The position numbers were made by a program, and so were the translations under genes. Shown here in pieces: positions 49,287 through 59,265 of a DNA stretch of 64,000 nucleotides. The stretch is from a virus, in IMG/VR virus record IMGVR_UViG_3300025012_000042, positions 48,821 through 112,820 of that record. The stretch is one strand, 5' to 3'. The notes under the pieces are model-generated. The model ran no database searches. It saw only the letters and a list, made by a program, of their open reading frames with translations, and was not told the DNA's origin. How positions within the stretch are numbered: the stretch's first letter is position 1; each line of letters opens with the position of its first letter.

Positions 49287-52200
49287 TTACTTTCTAAAAA
49301 CTCCGCTACGATTAAACGTTTTATTTAACTCATTTATAGTATATTTGGCTATTTTTTCTAAACTAGGGAGTGATTTTGCATCTACATTCCCTTCAACATG
49401 AATCAGGTTATCAAATTTAAACTCCATTGTTTGTTGTTGAGATTGTTTTAATATATTACTATAATCTGGGAGTTTAATATTACTCATCAAATTGGTAGAT
49501 AAACTAGGTAAATTGTGAACAATATCCCATAATTTTTTCCCATCTGTCGCATTGAAAATTGTTTCTACACTTGAATTAGTTCCATGTAGCATTGTCATTC
49601 CTGGGACATTATTAACTCCACCTGTTTTAAATCCTTCTGTTTTCTTTTTAAACTTTTCTAGTGTTTCGTATCTGTCATCACCCCAAATTCGCTCACCTTG
49701 ACCTATATTTGGTATTACTGCTGACCCACCCAATACTATGTCACCTGATTTTGCTGATGATGCATCCCCATTATTTACAGTAATAAAATTAAACTTATCA
49801 GCATTATTTACGCTCTTCGCTAAACCAATATCAATTGAATTGCCATATACATTTATTTTAGACGACTTAGCACTAGATTCAGATTTACTATCCTTAATAT
49901 CATCAACTGATTTACTCGCAGATTTAACTTCATCAATTAAATCTAATAAATCATTCCAACTCTCCCCCAACGATCTTGCTGTAGACTTATTCATATCCTT
50001 AAAATCACTCAAGAACGAACTCATTTGAGATTTAATTGCATTAGTATTTCCACTAATAATAGCTAATCTCATTGATGCATATTTTCTCTCATCATTAATA
50101 AGTTCATTGTACATATATTCTGTATCAGTTTTCTGCTTATCTAAATTTTCCTTAATGGATTTATATTTAGATTCTTCAGAGTCTTTCTTGGCATCAATAT
50201 CAGTTTTATAATCATCTAATTGCTCTGATAAAGCATCTTTACGTAAATCTCTAGAATGATCTTTTTGCATCTTTTCAATTTCAGTTATTTTATCAGCGAG
50301 TTGAGTTTCTAGTTCTTCTCGTTTAAATTTTGCTTCAATTGAATCATCTAAAGATAAGATGTTGATATCATTTTGAATCTTTTGTGCATCTTTTTGAGCA
50401 TTTGTTAGATTTAAATTATAATCCTCTGCATTTGCTTCATCATTAATTAACTTCATTTTTTCATCATAAGCATCTTGATATTTTTGCATTTCTTTGTCTA
50501 GATTGTCAAGTTTTTTCTCATGTCTTTTGTCTTCATAATCCATTTCATCTTCAATTTTAGAAATAGCAATATCTTTCTGCTTCTCATATACTCTTTTGAA
50601 AGTATTTATTATTGAGTCAGCAATTGAATTATAAATGGACAAAGTTTCACTTTTTGTTGATGATAATGAAGAATATAAAGATGTTAAAGTAGATTGTAAT
50701 TCTTCTTGTGCAGATGCAGTTAGATTAGTTGTGGCGATTAGGATTTGAAGATGATCAATTTCAGATTGAATTGCTTCTGATTTTTGCTTGAGGAGTTCAA
50801 TTTGCTGTTTTTGATTATCAGAGTATTGGGATGAGGATTGAGAGTATTGATCTTGTTCAGATTTAAGGAGAGATAGGGAATCTGAGATGGATTCGATTGA
50901 TTTATTGTAGGTGGTTAGGTCTGATTTTACGATATCGTAGTTTATGTCTAGGATAGTGGATTGGAGTTGTTTTTGGGAATCTGTTGCTTCCTCTGTAGCA
51001 TTTTTATTTTCTACCCATGCTTTACGAAGTTTTTGGATTTTAGTAAATAATGCTTCCATACTTGTTCTGGTTGCATTTGAACTTTCGTTCCATTCGGATT
51101 GGAAAGTTAATGATTCTTCATTATCCTCAGTAAACCATCTCCAATAACCTTGTGGAGTTTCAGCATTTATTTTTGCTTTTGCATCTTGAAGTTGAGTTAA
51201 TTGTAACTCTTGTGAGGCAATTAATTCGTTTGTTTTAGAAAGTGTTAATATATATTCTTCTTGCGATTTTGCTTGTTCAACTTCTTTTTGAATAGAGTCT
51301 GATTTAGTTTTAGTTAGAAGATTTTGAGCATTGATTTCTTTTATTATTGCATCTGTTGTGTCTTTAAATGTTTGAGGATCTTCTATTTTCTTATCGCCAA
51401 TTTCTGCAACTGCTGTCTCATTGCTTTTGCGAGCGTTATAGTCTCCCAACACACTTTTTACATAATTTTGTGTCTCGGCATATGGAGGTATCCCACCATA
51501 TTTTGTAACTGCCCCTGGCCCTGCATTATAAGCTGCTAAAGCAAGTGATATATCTCCACCAAATTTATCTAGTTGTTGTTTAAGATATTTTGCTCCCCCT
51601 TCTATATTTTGTGCAGGGTCATAGGAATTAGATACTCCAAGTGATTTAGCGGTAGCTGGCATGAGTTGAGTTAATCCTACTGCACCAGATGGCGAAACAA
51701 TCTTTGCTCTAAATCCAGATTCTTGTTTTATAAGAGCGTCTAGAAGTGTAGCTGAAATACCATTTTGCTTGGCAGACTCACGAATTAATTCTGCATATGG
51801 TCCAGTTACTACTTCTGGAATGTCAACTTTTTTTGTTGCAACAACTGGCATCTCTAATGCTTTTGTATATAAATCTGCTTTTTTATTAGCCTCATCTATT
51901 TTAGATTGGGCATCAGCTAAATTATACAAGGCACCATATGTGTTATCTTTTTCAAAACCATTGTAAACTTCTCCATACGATTTACCTGTTTTATTCATTT
52001 CTTGAAGAATTAATTGGTGTAAAACACTAGTTATATTTTCGTGAGTGTTTGATAAACCAGCCATCGCATTTTTTTCAAGACCAAGTTGTTTAATTCTTTT
52101 CTCTGATTCTTTTAAAACATCCTCAGATTTTTTCTTTTCATCTGCAATAGTTTGTAATCTTGTCTTAATAGATTGTTTGCGTAAATCCTCTAAAGCATCT

Positions 52201-55200
52201 ATCTCAATTGTAAAACCATTATTGACTTTATGAATATATGGTAATAAATCTTTATGTTTTTCTGCTAATTCAACAAGTTCTTCTGCTGTTAATTCTTCTC
52301 CATTCTTCATTTTTTGCAATAAATCTGTATAATTCTTTTGAGTAGACATTCCATCTTTAAAAGCTTTGTCCATGTTTGATATTGAATTTGTTAGGTTATT
52401 AATTTTTTCTGATGCATCATTTGCATCCGGTATTTTGAAAAATTCACCAATAGCATCTTTTAAGTCTTCATATGTTCCTTTGTCTTTTGCATTTAATTCA
52501 GTTTGATTGTGAATGTCTTCCAACTCTTTAATTAATCCTTGGTTAGTTGGATCTTTAGCAAGTTTTGCTTTTAATTCTTCAACTTTTTCAGAACTATCAC
52601 CAATTGCATCAGCAAAATCAATTATATTTTTAGCAGGAATGTATATACCTAATTTTTTATTAACTTCTTTAAGTTCTGCATTGAGTTTATTGTATTCGGC
52701 AGAAATATCTTCTACTATTGTTTTTGCAAAACTGTCTTTATTAGAAACTTTACCTATTGCTAAACTTAACTTTTCTAATATTGCGACTCTTTCTTCTAAA
52801 GTTCCATTAAGTTCAAGAATATCTTTACTGCCTTTTTGTCCATCAAAATCTCCAGCTATAGAATTTAATATGTTGTCAATTTCTACTTTTTTACCTACTG
52901 AATGCCCAACATATAATTTTGAAGTTGAGACATTTTTAGATTTTGCTAAAGCTTCTTCTCCTGAATTACCCATTGAAGCCAATTGTTCTCGGGCTTTTGC
53001 TACAGCTAGTTTATCAATTATACCAATTTGTTTTTCATATTTACCACTTACTAAATCTAAATCTTTTGCTTCAGTACCATAAGTCTTAATAAGTTCATCT
53101 TGAATACTTTTCAAACGAGCTTTTGATTCACTTGTTAAATCTCCAGACTTAATAATTTTTTCGTATTCAGATTTTAAACTAACTAATGACTCTCGCTCTT
53201 GATTAAGTTTTTGAGTTAACTCTTCTGCTTCTCTCGCATTTTCTTTTTGTTTTTGCTTCCAAATATCAAATACTACTATTGCTGTTGTTATCGCACCTAT
53301 GATAAAACCAATTGGATTTGATTTTATTGCTACATTTAAACCATGCATTGCTAAAGTTAATCCTCTTGTTGCGATGGCAGATCCTAACATTTGCTCTGTA
53401 TAACCTGCCATCGCACCTTTAGAAATAATCATTAATCGAATATTATCAGTTAAAGCCAAACCAAAAGTCCTAGATGAAGTTGCCCAAGCAATAAGAGCTG
53501 AAGTAATTTGTGTTCCTTTAAGTAAGGCCAATACTGCTGTAACTGACATTATTATAGTTGTTAAATTTCCAAATGCGTCTATTAAGTAACTTAAACCATC
53601 AAGTGTTCCTTTAATTAAACTTGAATCTAATGTTGACTGCCAAAACCCCTCGACTGAATTTTTCAATTTGTCGAATTTTGCCGATGTTGATTCTTGATAT
53701 ACATTGAATTTTGATTCTGCCGTCCCAGACGCATTTAAGGCATTTTCATAATTCTTTAATGAGTCACTATAATTATTTAATAGTGTTATACCTCTGTTTC
53801 TTTGAAATGTTCCAAACATAGTTGTAGCGATATATGCTTTTTCATTCTTTTCTAAACTGCCAAATTTTGCACCGACCATATCCATTACTGTTGCAAAATC
53901 CAATAATTGCCCTTGAGAATCTGTTGCTTTAATACCAATGTCGTCCAAGGCTTTTACTACATCATTTAATTGTGTCTCATCGTCTGAATTAAATCCTGTC
54001 TTTTTTATGGATTCATAACGGCTGATCACAGAATTTAAGCTTCGTCCAATAGTTGAGGACGACTCACGTGTGATGCTGGAAATTGTTGCCAGCCATGAAG
54101 CGCTTTTTTCGAGCGAAATGTTACTATTCTCACTTGCTGATGCAACTCTTTGGAGGGCTTCTCCGATCTCATTTGCTCCTGAAGCAGTTGTGTCTCCTAA
54201 TAATGCAAATATATCTATAATTTTTTGCACATCTTCGCCAGTTGCGTTAGCTGTCGCAGTAATAATTGTATTACTTTCTTTTAAGGAAAGAGAACTAATT
54301 TTTGCATATTGAATTATAGACTTCATTCGTTTTTCAACGTCAGATTCAGATAAACCTTGTCTAAAAAGATCGGCAGATGTCCCTGCTATTTCTTTAGTAG
54401 TCACAGACATCTCTTTACCAAGTTTATTATATGATTGTGCTAAACTTTCAACTTCTGCTTGTGTTTTATTAGTTACTATACGAATTTGATTAAGAGAATT
54501 ATCAAGCTCGTATATATAAGAAATTCCCAATTTTAACTGATTGAGGCTGCCATAGACCAAATTCGTACTTATTCCCCAAATTGCGATCTTTTTTGCGGCC
54601 AAAGTGAGCATTTGACTAAAAGCATATCCATCTCTACTTGAGTTTCTAAACTGGCCAGATACTTGAGCAACTCTAGTTCTAAGAGTGTCTAATTGTAATC
54701 CGTATTGTCTAGCAGAAATTTCACCTCTTCTAAATGCATTTTCCATTTCTTTTAATTTTGCAACTTCAGCACTAACCCTTGAATCAGCAAAAACCTTATC
54801 TTTATTTATTTTTAACCTATCAAGAGAGTTATTTATACGCTTAATTTGATCTTCTACATTTTGAGGAAATATATTTTTATTGTTCCCGTTACTCCCACCA
54901 GTACCACTACTTCCTAAATTTCCATTGACATTTACATTCAAATTTAACTTGAATTTCTTAGATAAAATTTCTAAATCTTTTCTGAATTTTTCAATTGATG
55001 CGGTGGATTTATCTAATTGAAACCCTAAATTTACTTTAAATTTCTTAACTTGCTTGTCTACGATATCTTGTGTTAAACTAGTTGCATCAAATTTTCCTTT
55101 CAGAATAATCTTGACATTCTTTAATTTTTTATCTATTTTATCCTGAGTTAAATCTGTTGTATCTAATTGTCCTTTCAAGTTAATTTTAAGATTCTTTAAC

Positions 55201-55277
55201 TGTTCATTAATTTTATCTTGTGTTAAATCAGTAATATCTAATTTACCTTTAATTAATATCGACAATTTATTGTCCAA
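49287..55277 (-). CDS. tape measure protein with soluble lytic transglycosylase domain
   Basis: TP901-like core; IKQESGF...GLTQLMPATA...AAYNAGPG. Confidence 0.9.
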   Translation of the reverse strand: MDNKLSILIKGKLDITDLTQDKINEQLKNLKINLKGQLDTTDLTQDKIDKKLKNVKIILKGKFDATSLTQDIVDKQVKKFKVNLGFQLDKSTASIEKFRKDLEILSKKFKLNLNVNVNGNLGSSGTGGSNGNNKNIFPQNVEDQIKRINNSLDRLKINKDKVFADSRVSAEVAKLKEMENAFRRGEISARQYGLQLDTLRTRVAQVSGQFRNSSRDGYAFSQMLTLAAKKIAIWGISTNLVYGSLNQLKLGISYIYELDNSLNQIRIVTNKTQAEVESLAQSYNKLGKEMSVTTKEIAGTSADLFRQGLSESDVEKRMKSIIQYAKISSLSLKESNTIITATANATGEDVQKIIDIFALLGDTTASGANEIGEALQRVASASENSNISLEKSASWLATISSITRESSSTIGRSLNSVISRYESIKKTGFNSDDETQLNDVVKALDDIGIKATDSQGQLLDFATVMDMVGAKFGSLEKNEKAYIATTMFGTFQRNRGITLLNNYSDSLKNYENALNASGTAESKFNVYQESTSAKFDKLKNSVEGFWQSTLDSSLIKGTLDGLSYLIDAFGNLTTIIMSVTAVLALLKGTQITSALIAWATSSRTFGLALTDNIRLMIISKGAMAGYTEQMLGSAIATRGLTLAMHGLNVAIKSNPIGFIIGAITTAIVVFDIWKQKQKENAREAEELTQKLNQERESLVSLKSEYEKIIKSGDLTSESKARLKSIQDELIKTYGTEAKDLDLVSGKYEKQIGIIDKLAVAKAREQLASMGNSGEEALAKSKNVSTSKLYVGHSVGKKVEIDNILNSIAGDFDGQKGSKDILELNGTLEERVAILEKLSLAIGKVSNKDSFAKTIVEDISAEYNKLNAELKEVNKKLGIYIPAKNIIDFADAIGDSSEKVEELKAKLAKDPTNQGLIKELEDIHNQTELNAKDKGTYEDLKDAIGEFFKIPDANDASEKINNLTNSISNMDKAFKDGMSTQKNYTDLLQKMKNGEELTAEELVELAEKHKDLLPYIHKVNNGFTIEIDALEDLRKQSIKTRLQTIADEKKKSEDVLKESEKRIKQLGLEKNAMAGLSNTHENITSVLHQLILQEMNKTGKSYGEVYNGFEKDNTYGALYNLADAQSKIDEANKKADLYTKALEMPVVATKKVDIPEVVTGPYAELIRESAKQNGISATLLDALIKQESGFRAKIVSPSGAVGLTQLMPATAKSLGVSNSYDPAQNIEGGAKYLKQQLDKFGGDISLALAAYNAGPGAVTKYGGIPPYAETQNYVKSVLGDYNARKSNETAVAEIGDKKIEDPQTFKDTTDAIIKEINAQNLLTKTKSDSIQKEVEQAKSQEEYILTLSKTNELIASQELQLTQLQDAKAKINAETPQGYWRWFTEDNEESLTFQSEWNESSNATRTSMEALFTKIQKLRKAWVENKNATEEATDSQKQLQSTILDINYDIVKSDLTTYNKSIESISDSLSLLKSEQDQYSQSSSQYSDNQKQQIELLKQKSEAIQSEIDHLQILIATTNLTASAQEELQSTLTSLYSSLSSTKSETLSIYNSIADSIINTFKRVYEKQKDIAISKIEDEMDYEDKRHEKKLDNLDKEMQKYQDAYDEKMKLINDEANAEDYNLNLTNAQKDAQKIQNDINILSLDDSIEAKFKREELETQLADKITEIEKMQKDHSRDLRKDALSEQLDDYKTDIDAKKDSEESKYKSIKENLDKQKTDTEYMYNELINDERKYASMRLAIISGNTNAIKSQMSSFLSDFKDMNKSTARSLGESWNDLLDLIDEVKSASKSVDDIKDSKSESSAKSSKINVYGNSIDIGLAKSVNNADKFNFITVNNGDASSAKSGDIVLGGSAVIPNIGQGERIWGDDRYETLEKFKKKTEGFKTGGVNNVPGMTMLHGTNSSVETIFNATDGKKLWDIVHNLPSLSTNLMSNIKLPDYSNILKQSQQQTMEFKFDNLIHVEGNVDAKSLPSLEKIAKYTINELNKTFNRSGVFRK

Positions 55278-55365
55278 AGATTTGACCTCCTTTTAATTTA
55301 TTTTTAAATATAATAAAAGAGGGGCAACCCTCTTGAAAATTCTTTATAATTTATTATTAAAATTA

Positions 55366-55394
55366 TTGATATTCTAACATTTTTGGCATATAAT
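55366..55394 (+). promoter_or_regulatory. SigA-type promoter of the opposite-strand moron
   Basis: TTGATA-17-TATAAT. Confidence 0.65.
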
Positions 55395-55417
55395 GAAAAT
55401 AAAAGGGGTGACACAAA

Positions 55418-55978
55418 TTGGGAATGGCAATTTTTATAGCAATTTTATTATCAGCAATTATTTATATTTATTGTAGTCATAATATTGCAAAACAAAGGAA
55501 AGCATTTGAAGTTAAAGAAAGACAATCTGGAAATATATTAACCACATTTCTCCTTCATCTAAATGGACACCCGTACTTACAACCTAATGATGTAGTAACT
55601 CTTCAATTACGCAAAAACAAAACAATATATATTGAGAATAAAAATATTAATACAAAAACTCATAAGAAATCCAATTTTATAGGGAGTGAAATTCTAATAT
55701 CACAATTAACTAAGTATGAATCTAAAACTGAAACGGAAATTAGAAGAGATGTTACTCTAACGAGATTAATTGCACTTGGTATTTTTGCATTTGGAATTAA
55801 AAAGAAGACAGAAACAAATACTCAATATTTAATCTTAACATATATAGACAATGGTGTAGAAGTAACTTGTGTATTTAAACAAATGCAAGACCATCAAGAA
55901 TTAGGAAGTATTATTAGCAATATAAATCGCATGAGAATTGAATCGAATAATATTAAAAGTGTGTTAACTAACAATTAA
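55418..55978 (+). CDS. membrane-anchored moron protein
   Basis: N-terminal TM; DVTLTRLIALGIFAFGIKKK; antisense to the tail operon. Confidence 0.7.
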   Translation: MGMAIFIAILLSAIIYIYCSHNIAKQRKAFEVKERQSGNILTTFLLHLNGHPYLQPNDVVTLQLRKNKTIYIENKNINTKTHKKSNFIGSEILISQLTKYESKTETEIRRDVTLTRLIALGIFAFGIKKKTETNTQYLILTYIDNGVEVTCVFKQMQDHQELGSIISNINRMRIESNNIKSVLTNN

Positions 55979-55997
55979 CACACTTTTCTATTGACCA

Positions 55998-56414
55998 TTA
56001 TTCTGTTTTGAATCCTCGTTTGTTTAAAGCATTTTTAATAAATAATCTTGCTTTACTTTTTGATAAATCTTCATATGTCTTTGCGAAGAATGGTCTTGGG
56101 CCAATTCTATCATCTAAATCAATACCCCATTGATATCCTTTAGAATACTCAATTATATATGGTATATTTTCACCTTCATCTCCTCGTCTAGTATTTGTTA
56201 ATTCAATAGTATCATTGCTAATATTTGTAGTCTTGCAACTATCAATTAATTTCCAACTGCGTTCATAATGTGTTGGTATGTACTCATTATAGACATCATC
56301 TTGTATATGTTCTCTCATCAAATGCCTACTTTCTAATGCAACGTCTGTTTGCAAACTGTCTGATATTTGTTTCAGTAAGTATTTTTCTAATTCAGAAACA
56401 GTTTTAAATTCCAC
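55998..56414 (-). CDS. tail completion / HK97 gp10-like protein
   Basis: VY..Y.P..YER and GPRPFF motifs; upstream of the tape measure gene. Confidence 0.55.
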   Translation of the reverse strand: MEFKTVSELEKYLLKQISDSLQTDVALESRHLMREHIQDDVYNEYIPTHYERSWKLIDSCKTTNISNDTIELTNTRRGDEGENIPYIIEYSKGYQWGIDLDDRIGPRPFFAKTYEDLSKSKARLFIKNALNKRGFKTE

Positions 56415-56437
56415 TATACCGCCCCTTTTTTAATTTA

Positions 56438-56983
56438 TTATAATTTATCTACACCTTTATCCCATGCCGTGACATCTTTTACAAATTTAAGTTTATCTGG
56501 ATCAAGTTTATCAAATTGTTTAGAAATATCTTTAATAAACTTTGTCATTCCTTTATCGTCTGGTATTTTTGCAAGCAACTTATTTAAACCTTGTGACACA
56601 ACATTTTGAAAAGAATTATCTACTTTATATATTTCTTCAATTTGCTCATTTACACTATCTGTGATAAAAGACATTTCACTTTGATCTATATTATTCATAA
56701 TATACGCGACTGTTCCAGATTCTTTAAGTGAATCATATAATTCTAAATTATCTTCTTCAGACATATCAATATTACTTACTTGATTACAAATAGAAAACTC
56801 AATAGCCATTCTTTTCATTACATGGTCAATATGCTTAAATCCATCTTCTTCGATTGTAACACAAGCGAGTAGAATATTTTCAATTATGTTTTGTTTTACA
56901 AGAAATGGTATATATTTTTTGATAGTAATATTTGAATAATCCTCTTTAATCTCTGATACTTTAATTAAGTTTTTCTCTGTCAT
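56438..56983 (-). CDS. putative tail assembly chaperone-region protein
   Basis: Position upstream of the tape measure gene; no diagnostic motif. Confidence 0.4.
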   Translation of the reverse strand: MTEKNLIKVSEIKEDYSNITIKKYIPFLVKQNIIENILLACVTIEEDGFKHIDHVMKRMAIEFSICNQVSNIDMSEEDNLELYDSLKESGTVAYIMNNIDQSEMSFITDSVNEQIEEIYKVDNSFQNVVSQGLNKLLAKIPDDKGMTKFIKDISKQFDKLDPDKLKFVKDVTAWDKGVDKL

Positions 56984-57018
56984 TTATTTTTCCTTCTTTC
57001 GTAATTTTATTTATTGCC

Positions 57019-58635
57019 TTAATTATTTACCTTTAACTCAATTCCGTGTTCTTTAAATTTATTTATTAAACCCTTCAATCCATGTTTCATATCCTCTGGA
57101 TAAAGTTCTAACAAAGTTAAATTATTGTCCTTACATATCTTTTGTTTTTCTTCTGTTCTTTTTTGGTAAAATTCCTTTCTTTGTAATCCAAAATACTCAA
57201 CAATTATATCGTTCGCTAAAAACCAATCGCATCGTTTATATCCACAACGAATATCATCTGTAAAAACTGAGTAATAAACTTCTTTTTCATATCCAAGACT
57301 ATTATCTATAAATAAATTGGTAATAATTAATTCTGGATGAGATAAACATAAATCATTATTTTTTGATCTATATGTATTATTAGAGAATATATTTCCACTG
57401 TAATTAGGTTCTAACCCTGCCACTTGACAAGCATTAACATAACCATTAAAACAACGTCCATATGTATTATGATGTGCCATTTCTTTATTCTCACTTATTT
57501 CTTGTGCAAGAGGAGTTCTTCCTAGAAACAATGCAAAATCCTTTAAATCCCTTATTAGTTTTTCTTTATCATATGTAATATATAAATGCTCGTCTAAATC
57601 TTTTTTTAATCCAAGTTTTACTCCTTGGGCCATAACCGCATTTGGCGTTCTATTAAAAATGTTTGCCAACTCTTTATTTGTCTTGATTGGGTATTCTTTG
57701 ATAAATATTTCTATATCTTCATCCGACCATCTTATTCTTGACTCCAATCCTAATTTATATCCTTTTGTAACTATTGATGACTCTGTACGATGTGGCAACA
57801 ACATTACTAGTTGTTTTGTAGATTTTTCTCCATAATATTCTTTCAAAATATCAATATCTTCTTCTGACCATTCTGAATTTAGCAATCTTTTTATATTCAA
57901 ATCTGATGCCTTATGTATAATTCCATCTTTATCAAATGGTTTTAATACTTCTAACAATTCCTCCCATTCTGTTGTAGGGTAATATGTTTTAAGATTTTGT
58001 ATTTGTTCTTCAGACCATATATCATTTCTATTTAATTCAATGTTGTATTTTTTAAGAACATAATATATTGAAGCTCCATCACTATATCCATATTTCTTAG
58101 CTATTTCTTGACAATTGATTCCATTCAAATAATCTTGGATAATTAATTGATATTCTTCACTACTTCTTTTTTTTATGTATAATCCTAAGTTGTTTGCTTT
58201 TTTCATTATTATTTCTTTATTACGTTTAATCATTAACTTATTGTTAATATCTTCAATAGAACTATTAGTATAATAATCAATTAAAACTTGCTCATCACAT
58301 TTGTACCACCCACTGTCACCTAATACATCAATTTCTTTTAAAAAACTATTCCAACTTCCCCATTTACGTTCATAATTAACTCCTGATGGATAACCAATTG
58401 TTGGTTTTAATTCTTTTTTTAAAGGATATCTCTCATTTTCATTAAAGAAACGCCAAAATTCAGATATTAAAAATTCTTTAGAAAAATTCGTTATCCTTAC
58501 TAAATGCTCATGATTTCTCTTATCTTTTATTTGTGTTGTTGTTTTACTAAGTTTTTCTGCTAATTCTTCATCTGTCATGACCATATAATTGTCTTTTAAA
58601 AAATCTCTTTCTTCTTTTGACCATATAATTCTCAT
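57019..58635 (-). CDS. repeat-rich putative homing endonuclease
   Basis: WSEE(D/Q)I..LK..Y repeats; LGRTP...Y.R.F....A...AGL repeats; RCDWFL..IVEYFG nuclease-like C-terminus. Confidence 0.65.
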   Translation of the reverse strand: MRIIWSKEERDFLKDNYMVMTDEELAEKLSKTTTQIKDKRNHEHLVRITNFSKEFLISEFWRFFNENERYPLKKELKPTIGYPSGVNYERKWGSWNSFLKEIDVLGDSGWYKCDEQVLIDYYTNSSIEDINNKLMIKRNKEIIMKKANNLGLYIKKRSSEEYQLIIQDYLNGINCQEIAKKYGYSDGASIYYVLKKYNIELNRNDIWSEEQIQNLKTYYPTTEWEELLEVLKPFDKDGIIHKASDLNIKRLLNSEWSEEDIDILKEYYGEKSTKQLVMLLPHRTESSIVTKGYKLGLESRIRWSDEDIEIFIKEYPIKTNKELANIFNRTPNAVMAQGVKLGLKKDLDEHLYITYDKEKLIRDLKDFALFLGRTPLAQEISENKEMAHHNTYGRCFNGYVNACQVAGLEPNYSGNIFSNNTYRSKNNDLCLSHPELIITNLFIDNSLGYEKEVYYSVFTDDIRCGYKRCDWFLANDIIVEYFGLQRKEFYQKRTEEKQKICKDNNLTLLELYPEDMKHGLKGLINKFKEHGIELKVNN

Positions 58636-58643
58636 CTAATTCA

Positions 58644-58770
58644 ACACTCCTTCAAATTTTATATTCTTATCCCTACCAACCACACTCCAAACCAATAAAT
58701 TATAAAAAGGCAACAAAAAAGAAGGGAGGAGTGTATCCCTTCTACTACATTGCAATTGTAGATGTTGCTT
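58644..58770 (-). ncRNA. structured leader L5
   Basis: P1 AAGCAACA/UGUUGCCUU; CUACA-UGUAG hairpin; loop ACACUCC (58728-58734) complementary to GGAGUGU at 58682-58688 and at the RBS 58644-58650. Confidence 0.6.
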
Positions 58771-58842
58771 ATTTAATAGCAAACTAAAGCGTCCAATAAT
58801 TTGCTAAAACTATCAAATTTAAAATTAACCCCACACACAACA

Positions 58843-58872
58843 AAAAGAACCCATATTTTTATGGATTCTTTA
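58843..58872 (-). terminator. terminator after the IS-interrupted gene
   Basis: AAAGAATCCAT/ATGGGTTCTTT stem plus U-run. Confidence 0.6.
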
Positions 58873-59039
58873 AAGAAAGGAACTATGTTCTGGTATATTG
58901 CTCTTTATAAGTAGAAGGAAATAATTGCAATAATTCAGCATATGTTGCATGAATAGATTCAAACAAATTGTAATTATACATAATTGCTTTATCGATATCT
59001 AACATGTTGATAATTTGACCAACAAACCATTCTTCATAA

Positions 59040-59265
59040 AGTTCTGCTTTTGAAATTGTCTGAACCTCTGCACGAGCTGAAGCTCGGCAGGTTCTTATCT
59101 ATTTAAACTTATCATATACTCTCATTTGTAGGCATTGTATTCATCTACATTTTACACATATATGAACTAATTTAATCCGATAAGAATTTTACTAACAAAG
59201 ATTCCATTGAATCCATTAGCGTTAGCATCAAGCCCGATTCTCGACTTGTTTGGTCAAACCTTTAA
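59040..59265 (-). ncRNA. putative TnpB omegaRNA (reRNA) with flanking guide
   Basis: About 200 nt non-coding region between the tnpB stop and the right end; guide would start ACAATTTCAAAAGCAGAAC. Confidence 0.6.

Noticed and set aside
56420-56983. Programmed frameshift typical of tail chaperone genes
   Set aside because: No clear slippery heptamer with an extended downstream frame identified
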